A stretch of DNA of 64,000 nucleotides from Octopus bimaculoides. Taxonomy: Eukaryota. Position 1 is the first letter of the stretch. Each line of letters opens with the position of its first letter. The position numbers were made by a program, and so were the translations under genes. Below the pieces are notes generated by a model that saw nothing but the letters and a program-made list of their open reading frames with translations, did no database searches and was not told the origin of the DNA. Where the stretch lies: positions 34,810,499-34,874,498 of the forward strand of contig NC_068996.1 in the NCBI RefSeq assembly GCF_001194135.2, read 5' to 3'. Below, piece by piece: positions 38,384 to 51,619 of this stretch.

Positions 38384-38425
<42 letters not shown>

Positions 38426-38607
38426 CGCACGGGCATGTGTGTATATATGCATGCACACACTCACGCACACATGTATATATTCAAGGAATCATTTGTTTGT
38501 TGAATATCTTAATCTTTGTTCACTGTGTTTAAATTTTGTTAATGTCTAAACTTCTCTGTTAAGAAATTTGGAATTACTAATCTGAGGCATCACTTTGATT
38601 TTCACAG

Positions 38608-38756
38608 AAAAACTCGTAACTTAAGTGAGAAGAAGAGAAGAGATCAGTTCAACATGCTGATTAACGAACTGTGTTCGATGGTTTCGACCAACAACAGGAA
38701 AATGGACAAATCGACAGTCTTAAAATCAACAATAGCTTTCCTCAGAAATTACCAAG
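38608..38756 (+). CDS. Clock: Clock bHLH exon ([49 protein letters not shown])
   Basis: ttcacag acceptor and gtataa donor; 149 nt; [13 protein letters not shown] and RKMDKSTVL are diagnostic of the CLOCK family. Confidence 0.97.
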
Positions 38757-39881
38757 GTATAAACTTTTATTTCAGCTTATGTATTAAGTAATTTCATATT
38801 TTATGATATTGTCATCAATATTTTATAACCATCAGCAATTGTTACAATTAGTTTCTTGTGTTGTTAAGTCACATTTAGGCAGTAGGCTGGTAGAATTGTT
38901 ACTGAACTAAACAAAATGCTTTGTAGCTTTTTTTTCTGACTCTTTACATTCTGAGTTCAAATGTTACCAAGGTTGGCTTCAATTTTGTCCTTTCAGGATT
39001 GAGACAAGTAGCAATTGTGTACTGGGGTCAATGTAATCAACTTCTCCTTCTTCAAAATTGCTGGCCTTATGCTGACCTAGGGCTAAACAGCAACAATATA
39101 AAGGATCAAGGTGCAGGTGTAGCTGGTGGAGGCATGCGACTTAGTGGTTAAGGTGTTGGACTCATGATCATAGGATTGTGGTTTTGATTCCTGGACCAGG
39201 CAACACATTGTGTTCTTGAACAAAACACTTCATTTCATGTTGCTCCAGTTTACTCAACTGGCAAAAATGAGTAATCCTGTGACAGACTGGCATCCCGTCC
39301 TGGTTGGGGAATTCATATGCCATGGAAACTGGGAAACGAGCCCTAATGAGTCAGCATGACTTGGGAAGGTAACTTTACAGGTGTAGCTGTCTGGTAAGAA
39401 GTGTACTTCTCAACCACATGGCTCCAGGCTCAGTCATACTGTGTGGCACCTTGGGAAAGTGTCTTCTGCTATAGCTCCAACTCAACCAAAGCCGTGTGAG
39501 CTGATTTGGTAGACAGAAACTGAAAAAAGTCCAGTGTGTGTGTGTGTGTGTGTGGTTTGTACTGGTTTGTTACATCCATGTAACTTAGTTTGACTAGAGG
39601 GACCTTGGCAAGTTTTCTACTAGGGTCAATTTGTTTGACTAAAACCTTCAAGGCAGTACCCCAACATGTCTGCAGCCTGATGACTGAAACAAGTTAAAGG
39701 ATAAAAAAATACATCCTTTTTTTTTTTTTTTTAGTTGGGGTGGTCATCTGATTAATCCTTTTAATAGATTTTCTCTATATTTTATAAAATATTGGAAGTG
39801 TTGATTTCTTAGCACTTTTTTGTTTTGTTCTAGTGTAGTATTAAAAAAAATGATTTCAGTTTTTTTCTCTTTCTCCACCAG

Positions 39882-39973
39882 AGCTTGCTATGCAGTCTCA
39901 GGCTCATGAAATTAAAGAAGATTGGAAACCGTCCTTCTTATCAAATGATGAATTCACTCAGCTGATGTTAGAG
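39882..39973 (+). CDS. Clock: Clock exon, bHLH to PAS-A linker ([31 protein letters not shown])
   Basis: Polypyrimidine tract and ccag acceptor, gtaagt donor; 92 nt; contains the conserved [17 protein letters not shown] motif. Confidence 0.97.
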
Positions 39974-42544
39974 GTAAGTACAGAGTGCTTTTATTTATTG
40001 TCTTTTAATTATGCTACCACCACCTTTCCCACTACTACTACTACTGCTGCTGCTGAAGTTGTAGTAGTAGGTTGTTGAGTGTCCAAGTTAGTAGAGCACT
40101 TGGCCTGAAAGAGTATTGCAGTATTTAGATGTTTCATTATATTCTGTGTTCAAATCAAACTCAGATCAATTTTGTCATTATGAGTTCTCTGGTTATATTT
40201 GAGGGGTTATTTAACCAACAATGTTTCAGTAATGTAAACAAACATTCTTCCCCATCTACAAAAGGTATTTTCAAACACAAAAAACTAGCTGATATATTCT
40301 TTCTTGGTTAAGAATGCTGGATCCAGAGACAAAGTTTATTTATTTCTTCTTCTCATCTCTACATGTTCCTTAGTTACTTACTGTATTCTAATTCATCCTA
40401 AGTTTTTAGAAGTTTTTTGGTTGGTAGACTTTTGGTCTTCTGAAGTTGAGAATCTTTAGGTTTTAGTTTTGACTCCTGTGCTTCTCAGCTAATGTTGTTG
40501 TTGTTTTTTCTTTTTGTCATGTTTGTTTTCTTTTTTTAAATATCGGCCATCAACATCATCATCATTGTCATCATCATTTTAATGTCCACTTTTCCATGCT
40601 TCCATGGGTCAGGTGGATTTTCTACAGCTGGATGCCCTTTCTGTCACCAACCCTCACCTGTTTCCAAGGAAGGTAATATTCTTTCGTAACCAGACAGGTC
40701 TTGGAAGATTGGAAATGAAGGACACTGCTTGCATGATGATGACACTTGCATACAACTATCAATTGATGGAAATAGTAACACACATACATGCACACACATG
40801 CATGCATACACATGCTCACCCACACACACTCTTAGTTCATAGTTCTTAGTTCCTCCAGTGCTGTCAGCACAATGGGCAATGAGCCTTCTCTAAACATCCC
40901 AATTGTTTGCTATCCTCTAAGGTCTACTCAGACCACACCCCATCACTATCATGTAGTCCTGGAACATACTGCACCACTTTGTCCTTGGTCTTTCATTCAG
41001 TTTTTTTCCTCCTTTTGACATCCACTCCATCACAATGGTAGCATATCCGCTGCTTAGTCACCATGTCCTGCAAACTTCCTGTGCCAGCTTTCCTCATCAC
41101 CCCTTTATTTTCTTACTCTGTCACAGTAAGAGATGCCCAGGAATAAATATAGGCTGAGTCAATGGAACATGTTCAGCAATTGAGAGATTTTCATTGCCCT
41201 CTTCCAGATTTCACAGATGTAGATGACACATATATAATATATACATACATATGTTAGTATGTGCATGCACGTGTTAGGGCTTCTTTCAGTTTCTGTCTAC
41301 CAGATTCACTCACAAGGCATTGGTTGGTCCAGTGCTATAGTAGAGGACTCTTGCCTAAGGTACCACATATTAGAACTGAACCTAAAACTATGTGGTTAGG
41401 AAGCAAACTTCTTACCACACAGCTGCCACACCTGTACCTATATTCGGAATTTTCCTTTGTAGCACTTTTATATGGCATTTAGTAACATCACTTTTAGCTT
41501 TTCTTTCTTTTTCTATATTTTGTTTTTTACTCACAATTTCTGTTATCATTCCTTTCTTCTTCTCTCAACTTTTGGTTATTCCAGCTTCTGTTTCTATTTC
41601 ATCATCATCATCACCATCATCATTTAATGCCTGTTTCCTATGCTGGCACGAGTTGGGTGGTTTGACAGAAGCTGGCCAGCCATAGAGTTGCACCAGGCAC
41701 CAGTTGACTGTTAAAGCATGGTTTCTATGGCTGGATGTCCTTCCTAATGCCAATCACTTTACAGAGTGTACTGGGTGCTTTTTACATGGCACCAGCATCG
41801 GTGCTTCTAATGTAGTACTGGCACAGGTGCTTTTTATGTGACACCGGCAAGGGTGCCTTATATATGGCACCAGCTTGGGTGCTTTTTGTTCTAAAGAAAT
41901 AGTTTTGTCTATATTTTTCATAGATATTTGCATTAGTTGTCTGTTATTCTTTTCTAGATATTTTTTGTAGCCCTATTATGGATATTCTGTAGCAGTTTTC
42001 TAGTTACATAAAACGTCAGCATCCTAATTCATAGGAAATATTATCTTTCTGTCACATTTCCAATGGTATATTCTAAATTCAGTCATAAATTTTCTTGTTC
42101 ACCATCTAGTCTTGTTAATTCTCTTAATGTCCTGTTGAGACTATCACAACTATAAATTATTGATAGAACAGCATCAGTGTTAATGTCCATTGTGTTATAT
42201 TTTACATTTAGCTCTTTTTATTATTAATCTAATGTGACTATAATGCTCCTTTTCAACTTTTTCTTCCTTTGTATGGTTTTGCACTTTGTCTGCACTATTC
42301 ATTGATTCCTAAGTAAAGTAAGTCAGTCTAATCCTCTTATCTTATTTCCTTCATCCAGCATAATTTTAGAGTTCTTATAAGTCTTCTTCTTGGCAAGTTT
42401 TCTATGGCACATTCTTCTGATATCAATTCCTTTTGTAAACTAATGTACAGTCTGAAGCAGTGTTTCTAGTTGTTTATCACCATTAATGTACATACATACA
42501 TTCATACCTCCATACATACATTCATACCTCCATACATACAAACA

Positions 42545-42606
<62 letters not shown>

Positions 42607-43052
42607 TGCACTACCACCACTTCCACCAGCAACGTCAACATATAATTGAAGCCCTTTTTGATGCTAATGGGGAACAAAGATTGATAACATGACATTACGA
42701 GATACATTTCAGTTGAGGTTGCTTGAAGAAAGCAAGAAAATTAGTAATTGTTGAATTCTATAGAGTATGGGAAAAACTGATGACATACTTAAGGGAGACA
42801 CTCAGAATCATCATCATCATCATTTAAAGTTCATTGTCCATGCTGGCATGGGTTAGACGGTTTCACCAGAGTTGGCAAGGAGGAGGCTGCACCAGACTCC
42901 AGTCTGATTTGGCATGGTTTCTACAACTGAATGCCAATTACTTTACAGAGTGTGCTGGGTGATTTTATGGCACCGCATGGGTGCTTTTGCAGCACTGCTC
43001 ATGCACTCTTTCATGGCATTGCACAAGCACTTTTACAAATATTATCTGGATA

Positions 43053-44065
43053 ACCTATTATAAGGCACTTTCAGCCTTGGAAAAATGAAAACTCCCTATT
43101 ATTCTTGACTAAGAAATTTAATATAGAGTGGCGTATTGTCTGTTTATGATAAGTTCTATAGTTACAGAAGTGCAGTTGGCTGAGCTTGTTCAAAGTGCAT
43201 GCAGAGCATGCACTCATATGCACTCTTTCAATGTTCAAGTATTACTCACTTATAGAGTTACATCAAATTATGTGTGGACTACAGATCTAGCTATTTAATT
43301 GAGTGGACTACAGATCTAGCTATTTAAACAATCACATCATTGAAATTTCAGAGCAACAAGATAATGCATGATTAATTCAAAACAATGTGAATAAATAAGC
43401 ATTACATTTGTCAGAGTAATCTGAATGCTAAAGGGTTAAATTGAATAAATAAATTTTAAAAAACATGCAGGAAACAAAAATATACAAAAGGAATAAAATG
43501 GAACTATTCCTCATTATTCTGATGACCAAGGGCAAGCATCATGCCTCACCTGAGTCTCTGACTAACAGGCACATAAAGACCCACCCAGGCCATCCTTGTC
43601 CTCCCACTCAGTAAATTCAAAAGACAAAACTTCCACATCAAGTGGAGCTTTGGAAAAATTATTCAAGGTTTGACTGAAGAAGAAAGTGTTTGTCATTAGT
43701 CTCTTCAATCTTGTCTTCAATACAATTCTTTTTATCATGTCTTCCGGGTAGAGAAAAAAAAATGACCTGCCTTTCCTAGCCAGAAGAGGACAGTAAGGCA
43801 ATTCCCACAATGGACTCAGTTAAATAGCTAGATCTGTAGTCCACACATAATTTGATGTAACTCTATAAGTGAGTAATACTTGAACATTGAAAGAGTGCAT
43901 ATGAGTGCATGCTCTGCATGCACTTTGAACAAGCTCAGCCAACTGCACTTCTGTAACTATAGAACTTATCATAAACAGACAATACGCCACTCTATATTAA
44001 ATTTCTTAGTCAAGAATAATAGGGAGTTTTCATTTTTCCAAGGCTGAAAGTGCCTTATAATAGGT
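43053..44065. repeat. 252-bp near-perfect inverted duplication with a 509-bp spacer
   Basis: 43053-43304 is the reverse complement of 43814-44065 (one mismatch seen). Confidence 0.95.
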
Positions 44066-44331
44066 GATTGTTTATTTTCCTTTAAATGACATCATAGGGT
44101 AAGTGTGAGAGGCCAGATTTGACTAATTTGAATGTAAAACAAATAGAATATTTGGGTCAAATACAGCTGACTTGAATGCTAAAGGCTTAAACTTGCATCA
44201 TTTTTATAATTAGCCCTTATAATGTCCTCTTGTCTGTTGTCATTTTGGTATATAGATTAGAAACCAATATTATTGTTATTTATTTGCTTTTTCATTTTTA
44301 ACTCATATTTGATATTGATTTCTCTTTACAG

Positions 44332-44421
44332 GCCTTAGACAGCTTTTTACTTGTTTTTACACAACAAGGAAATATTCTTTATGCCTCTGAGAGCATAACA
44401 TCACTTGTTGGCCATTTACCG
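44332..44421 (+). CDS. Clock: Clock PAS-A exon (ALDSFLLVFTQQGNILYASESITSLVGHLP)
   Basis: tttacag acceptor and gtaatg donor; 90 nt, phase 0 to 0; ALD-F and ILYASESITSL-GHLP match CLOCK PAS-A. Confidence 0.96.
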
Positions 44422-44470
44422 GTAATGTATTTCAGTATTATTTCTAATCTACCTTTTACCTATGTGATTG

Positions 44471-44513
<43 letters not shown>

Positions 44514-44582
44514 TCTCTCATACATTTATGTTACAACACATGCTCTAACACATACACATGCGCAAATATGCATATATGTATG

Positions 44583-46000
44583 TAATGCCCACATCTCACT
44601 ACCATGCAGTATTGCAGTTTGTACATATGCAACATACAATCTACCCCTTGCTCAAAGAGAGAATCCCCTCATTACCTGCAGAGGTGGCAGTTCCCTGAAG
44701 TTTTTTTACTCTTTGTCCTGGCTACTATATTTTCTGAATACCCTTCTCCACTGCTAATTAGGTCCCCAAGGTAAGAGTAACTGTCCATTACTTCTATGTA
44801 GTCTTTCAAGTATTGAAAAAATTTCATTTCATGGCTACTCTGACTGCTAACTACTCCTGTACACCTCCCAGATACTATGTCTTTATTTACCATCAATTTG
44901 AATGTGATCTTTGTACAACTTTTTTGCCTTATTAGTTCACACTGTATACATTGTATGAAGATCCTACCTACTCTTTTTCTGCACATCAAGCACAGTTATT
45001 TCTCTAATGACAACAGGGAGCTGTTTTCTTGGCTACTTATTTCAACTTCAGTTTTCCCTAAATTTACTCTAAGGCTTCTTGATTCTAGAATTTATATGCA
45101 CATTTTGACTCTGCTTTGATAACAAGTACTTCAGCATATAGGAATTCCCATGAACTGTCCTAAATTTCTCTGTTATGGTTGAGTAGATTGCAATAAATAC
45201 GAACAGGTTGTGAACCAAACCTTAGTGAACACCTAACTGCACATTAAAATCAGCTCTGAACTCCTTGTCAAATCTTTTTAGCCAGCTTCATTTGTAAATG
45301 GCTTGCACTACTCTCACAAACATTTATCTCTACCTAGTTTTCTTAAGGGCTGCCAGATTATACATCATTTACCCTATCAAAAACATTCTCCAGATAAACA
45401 AGTACTTGATATAATGGTTCACTCTTAGCTAAAGACTTCTCTTGTAGTTGTCTATATAGAGTGCCTCAGTGGTATCCTGATTTAACATTAATCTCATCTA
45501 AATTTTCTAATCATATGAAAACTTTTTTTTATTGTATTCATAACTTGGTTCATCATCTGAAGCCTCTGTAATTGCTTCTTTCCAAAATATTTCCTTTCTT
45601 CTTAGGTACAATATCTTGTATTTTATTCTTTTTTTTTTTTTTCTCACTTGGTTGATTACATTGGAGACTAGATTCAGCAGTCAGATCTTTTTTAGTATCT
45701 CAACAACTGCATTTGATAGATATTGTTGCTTTCCCGGTCTTTATAATCATTAATAGTCATTTTGACCATATAACTGTTCATTTCAATAGCTACTCCCTCT
45801 ATTCAGCAGATCTTCCTCCTACATATTTCTTACATTCCCATAATCACACTTCCAATCCTCTTTCTGTCATTGTTACTTGAGGGTGAATATATTACTGTTA
45901 TTTTGGACACACATTTCCCCACAGACATTGTCTTAATTTTACCTAACTCACTGCTTCACAATCCAGAGCACCTCATACTTCTTATTCTCTCATCACAAAA
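44583..46000 (-). mobile_element. Decayed RTE LINE
   Basis: YSYLGDLISSGEG motif in ORF 44672-44989; DNA similar to the 17200-17800 part of the other RTE copy; boundaries approximate. Confidence 0.6.
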
Positions 46001-47151
46001 TTCTGGCAAACTTCCTGCTTTCTGTTTCTCTTTCTGCTTTGTATGTTTGTTATCACAGAGCTCCTCTCAAATAAGTAAATAATAATATTTGCTACACACT
46101 TTCCTCCAATACAACTATGACTATCTTTCAGTAGTTATGGCCCTATCAACAGTGTTACTGCACTACCATGTTACTTTATGTATGGCTGATATTGCTGTCC
46201 AGCCACAAAACTAGTCTGTAACATTCAGCATATGTCATAAAAAACCCCAGTTGTCCTCTCTGTTGTAAGTTTTTATCTTCGTTTTCTCCTTTCTATCATA
46301 CATGTCATCTAGAGCAGTGCTTCTCAAACTATCTGAAGTGGCATACCAGCAGTTTTTTTTTTTCCAATGTGCCAGAGACTGGTAATATTTCTTAGTAATA
46401 TTAATTTATATTGGAAACGATATATATAATGAATATAATAAAAGTTGACAATTTTTTTTATTGTACATTTATTTTGTAAACAAATGATACAATATTACAT
46501 AAGCATTTTATGTTTCTTTCTTTTCTGGAAACTCGCTGTGTACTGGCAGCTGATGGCTCACGGACCAGCACAGTCTGCAGACCAGCACCAGTGCGTGGAC
46601 CACCACTTTGAGAAACACTGATCTAGAATAGTTTTGAAAGATATATTAGCTTATCAGAAAGATATATTGGTATCCATACTTTCCATCTCCAGAATGTCTT
46701 TGAACTCTCAGTTTGTTTAGCTCTTATTCTGAAGTTACTAATCAGTAGCTCATGTCTGTTTATATATTCTTCATACACACATTTACACGTGTGTGTGTGT
46801 GTAGATATATAGTAGTACCATCTAGATTGGATCTTCTGTCATAGTGGATTCTTTTTGTATTTTGCTGGTCAGCAAGTTGACCAATATTAGTCAGTATAAG
46901 TCTCTCACTGCTTCTTTTCTCTAAAATAGAGAAGAGCTTGTGTTCAACATTTTGGCAATATTCTGTGGGTAATGTAAAAAAAAATTATTTCTTACATCAT
47001 GCATTTATATTTTGATGGCTGTGGCTGATGCCATGAACAACAGCAACACATTATTACATTAGCACTGTTTCTATTTCATATTTGACAATATTTTCTATTT
47101 CTGTTTATATTAATCTTATTTTTCTCCTTTTTTTCTTTCATTTTTATAAAG

Positions 47152-47272
47152 ACTGATTTGGTTAATCGCTCTTTGTACGATTTTGTCCATGTTACTGAGA
47201 GAACCAGCCTAAATAATCTGTTATTATCATATCAACAAATATCTGCCAGTAGTATACAGGATTTTGAGAAAG
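47152..47272 (+). CDS. Clock: Clock PAS-A exon (TDLVNRSLYDFVHVTERTSLNNLLLSYQQISASSIQDFEK)
   Basis: Long T-rich tract and aaag acceptor, gtaaat donor; 121 nt; in frame with both neighbours; DLV-SLYDFV PAS motif. Confidence 0.92.
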
Positions 47273-47417
47273 GTAAATTTTATTATACTTTATTTTGTTT
47301 TTTACCAACATCTCACAGTTTACCAATATTTTATCAGTGGTTAAAGTGGTGAAGCTGGCAAAATTCTTAGCACACCAGACATAATGCTTAGTAGCATATT
47401 TTGTCCGTATGTATGTT

Positions 47418-48037
47418 CATCATCATCATCGTTTAATGTCCGCTTTCCATGCTGGCATGGGTTGGACGGTTTGACTGAGGACTGGCAAGCCAGTAGGCTG
47501 CATAAGGTTCCAATCTGATCTGGCAAGGTTTCTACAGCTGGGTGTCATTCCTAATGCCAACCACTCCGAGAGTATAGTGGGTGCTTTTTATGTGCCATCG
47601 GCATGGGAGCCATTCAGGGGTCACTGGCATCGACCACATTCGGATGGTGTTTTTTATGTCCCACCGGCATGAGGAGCTAGTCAGATGGCACTGGCATTGA
47701 CCAGCACTTGAATGGTGTTTCTTATGTGCCACCAGCACGGGTGCCAGACAGATGGAACTGACATTGGCCACAACTACAATTTCACTTGGTCTTCTCAAGC
47801 ACGATGTATTGGCTGATGATTCGAGGGTATTTTTAAATGTGCTGGTTATGCGACACTGGTATCGGCCATGGCTGCGATCTCACTTAACTTGCTGGATCTT
47901 CTCAATCACAGAATATCTCCAAAGGTCTCGGTCTCTTGCCATTGCCCCTCTTGCCATTGCCCCATGTCTTCCTGGGTCTACCACTTCCACAGGTTCCTTC
48001 CACTGTTAGGGTGTGACACTTCTTCACACAGCTGTCC
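47418..48037 (-). mobile_element. RTE LINE 3' end (same family as 5334-6120)
   Basis: (CAT)n tail; 47920-48037 matches 5440-5560 in reverse. Confidence 0.8.
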
Positions 48038-49180
48038 TGTCTGAGTTCAAATTCCACTGAGGTTGACTTTGCCTTTCATCCTTTCAGGATCAATAAAATA
48101 AGTACCAGTTGAGCACTGGGGTTGATCTGATCCTTGAAATTGCTTACCCCTCCCTTGAAATTGCTGGCCTTGTGTCAAAATTTGAAACTAATATTTTATC
48201 AATGGTTCTACATACTTCAAGATACAGTTCTCTCTCTCTCTCTCTCTCTCTCATACACACTCTGTCTCTCATATGCTCTCTCTCTCTATATATATATATG
48301 TGTGTACATGAGTGAGTGGACAAATGAAAGAAGAACACTTAGCACATTTAGTAGGAGTTACATGTATTATTATTATTTAAAACAGATTGATTCTACCCAA
48401 TGAAACTTAAAGTTTCATAGGCTCATTACAATTATTTTCAATAATTCGGTATATTTCTGCATCGATTATTATTCTACTTGTTCTCACCCGTCTTCACTTA
48501 TATGTTTATATGTTTAAACAACCCTATATATAGAAAAAAAAAAAAAAAAATCCAAATATTTTAACTTAATGAGACAATGTTACGAAAATCAGTAAATTTT
48601 TACATGACTAAGATGCATGTAATTTCAGTGAGACCTGCAGGTACTTAATAATCTGGGTATGAATAACGTATGTCTGAATTACATTTAGTCTTGTTATGAA
48701 TGACATTTGGTGGAAATACAAGTGAATTTTATTAATGAGTTTTAGAGGTTTTTGTATTGAATTGAAGAATCAGTAGAATTTCAAGTTTCTGGAAATAGAT
48801 GAGAAAACACTGAAGTTTATAGTAACAATATATTCTTTTATTTGTTTCATTCATTTGACTGCAGCCATGCTGGAGCACCACATTTTAGTTGAAGAAATCA
48901 ACCCCTAGGACTTATTCTTTGTAAGCCTGGTACTTATTCTATCGGTCTCTTTTGCCAAACTGCTAAGTTACAGAGACATAGATTTTATTTGTTTCAGTCA
49001 GTTGACTGTGGACTTGCTGGAGCACTGCTTTTTAGTTGAAGAAATCAACCCCAGGACTTATTCTTTGTAAGCCTGGTACTTTATCCTATTACTCTCTTTT
49101 GCTGAACTGCTAAGTTATAGGGATGTAAGCACACCAACATCGGTTGTCAAACAATGGTGGGTGGGGTGGGTCAAACAAAG

Positions 49181-49221
<41 letters not shown>

Positions 49222-50058
49222 TATGATGGGCTTCTTTCAGATTCCCTTTGGTTCACCCAAGACTATAGTAGAAGACACTTGCCCAAGGTGCCATGCAGTG
49301 GGACTGAACCCAGAACCATGTAGTTGGGAAGCAAGCTTCTTAGCACACAGCCATACCTACGCATATATACTCTCTCTCTTTTACTCTTTTACTTGTTTCA
49401 GTCATTTGACTGTGGCCATGCTGGAGCACCACCTTTAGTTGAGCAAATCAACCCCATAGCTTATTCTTTGTAAGCCCAGTACTTATTTTATTGGTCTCTT
49501 TTGCTGAACCGCTAAGTTACGGGGACACAAACACACCAGCATCGGTTGTCAAGCGATGTTGGGGAGACAACACAGATGCACAAATATATACACACATATA
49601 CATATATATACATATACGCCGAGCTTCTTCCAGTTTTCGTTTACCAAATCCACTCACAAGGCTTTGATTGGCCCAAGGCTATAGTAGAAGACACTTGCCC
49701 AAAGTGCCACGCAGTGGAACTGAACCCAGGACCATGTGGTTGGTAAGCAAGTTACTTACCACACAGCTACTCCTGCACCATTTATATATANNNNNNNNNN
49801 NNNNNNNNNNNNNNNNNNNNNNNNNNNNNNNNNNNNNNNNNNNNNNNNNNNNNNNNNNNNNNNNNNNNNNNNNNNNNNNNTATATATATATAAATAGGTA
49901 TCGCCAAGCCAGCATGGCAGTCCAAAAATTAGGACGAATGCTACCGTTGATTAGCTCCAAGAGGCCATTGCCCCTAGCTAGCTATGTGACACACGAACCT
50001 GTGTCCATTATAACCTTCGAACAGGGGAGGTCAGCCGCTTCCCCTTGCTGGTCTGGCA

Positions 50059-50101
50059 TCTACAGACTAGTTTCAGGTTGTTTGCCCCTTATCAATGTAG
50101 A
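50059..50101 (-). ncRNA. Type I hammerhead ribozyme motif, U3-A8 covariant core
   Basis: The minus strand reads TCTACA-TTGATAA-GGG(GCAAACAA)CCT-GAAA-CTAG-TC|TGTAGA. This gives a perfect 6-bp stem I, a stem II with G-U at 10.1-11.1, a palindromic CTAG loop III and a GUC cleavage triplet. Confidence 0.8.
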
Positions 50102-50252
50102 GCAGCTGAATCCAGCAGGCATCATATATATATATATAAATGACAAAACAGACTCCAGTGAGGCTGGTTTTGTTCTGCCAGCAAGACTTATGTTATGGTA
50201 GTAAAACTGATAAAAATGAGTACAGCAACCTTGTTGTGGGGAGTGGAAACTG

Positions 50253-51010
50253 CAATGTTTTGGCTACAGTGCTCCTTCAGGGGAAATGTTGAAAGGAGAG
50301 ATAGCAGAGTTTTACATTCTCTGTTCAACTGATAAAGAACATAGCACCACTTGAGGGATGGAATGGCCCATAGTATTGAAGTGGGTGGTGACAGGTTGGC
50401 CTAACATGCATAGTAGTATACTTTGAATATGCTACCAAAAGCGATCAACAAGGTGTGAGTCTGTTTCCCCAATGTAAAAGGTGTAGCAAAGTTTGCATAT
50501 GGTGGAATGAATAAGGTTAGATGATGTTGTGTCTTAGGTCCAGTGTTGATTGTGGTTTGTTAGTATAGGGGCAGGTGTTGCATCATCAGCAAACACATTC
50601 AAAAGTGCCCAGTTGTGTGGGGCTGGATGCTGTGGAGCTTATTACTAGGAAATTTCTAAGGTTCTTATCTTTTTTAACAGTGAGGAGAGGGGTTGTAAGA
50701 AAGATAAGAGTGATTCTGGGGTCAGAAAGTAGAATACGAAAGTTGCAGATGAGTTTATCTTTCAAAGGGAATATTGATGTGTGGAAGGCACAAGAGAATG
50801 GAATATGGTCTGTAGACATGCATAAGAACAATGGGAGAGTGGTGGTGTGGCTGATGGCCTGGCAGAGTGCTGGGTTCACAACTGATCAAGGTACCAGATC
50901 ATTCCTAGTTCAACAGAATGCTCAGTTTGTTCAGGAGCTTCTTTGTTTCTGTCAAGTGGTTCTCCTTAGCCTTGGCTGTCAGAATTTTTCCCTTGTAACT
51001 CTTGAATGAG
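50253..51010 (-). mobile_element. Penelope-like element 3' part (linker, GIY-YIG and decayed terminus)
   Basis: NFRILLSDPRITLIF..PLLTVKKDKNLRNFLV..TQLGTFEC linker; a GQPVTTHFNTMGHS frame near 50360-50405. Confidence 0.8.
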
Positions 51011-51619
51011 TGGGGGAAAAAGTTCTCATTCAAGACCTGCTTCATAGTGGTGACTTTCAATGTTTGTCTCCCTTGCCAAAGTTTGGATTCCCTTGCTGGA
51101 ATCTTCCATCAACTTGTCCTACAGTTGTTGGACGAATTCCCACATGTGGACACAGTCAGAATACCTGCTATGTGCCTTCCTGCTGATCACAGCTTTGTAG
51201 TTTCCATGGCAGCTGTCCATGTCATATCACAGTGTCCACAGAGTATTGAAAAGCAATCATAATGTTAGCATTTTGATATCTGGCATGAATCATCATAATA
51301 TAGGTATCATTTTTCCAATATTCAACTGGCTTCCAGTCAGCTAACTTTTACTCACCACAACTTTAATCTTTATGCTCTCAGCTGCCATTGACTGTTAAAT
51401 ATATCAAGCTGTTCCTTAAAAAAAAAGGAGACATAAAAATCATCAAATTTAGTTCAAACACCCTGTAATTTGACTCTCAGAAAATTGGCAAAAGTCTCTA
51501 ACATTTCGAGCCTATGTCCTGCTGCAGAAAGGATAGATAAGAGAAAGAAAAACAGTTTTTGGATTTTGCATGTGTGTGTGTGTGTGTGATCATCATTTAA
51601 TGTCTGCTTTCCATGCTGG

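Larger units (their letters stand above)
922..49880. other. Seven assembly gaps
   Basis: N runs at 922-1360, 5582-5889, 13012-13111, 19665-19674, 20172-20709, 21023-21482 and 49791-49880. Confidence 0.99.

Noticed and set aside
43562-43810. ORF (WELPYCPLLA..) as an expressed gene
   Set aside because: No splice or start context; at most a faint mariner C-terminal relic inside the inverted segment.
856-46791. CACGTG E-boxes as Clock autoregulatory sites (856, 1487, 7250, 17091, 41268, 46786)
   Set aside because: About six in 60 kb is roughly what chance predicts at an estimated ~35% GC; they are scattered and mostly in repeats or CA/GT tracts.
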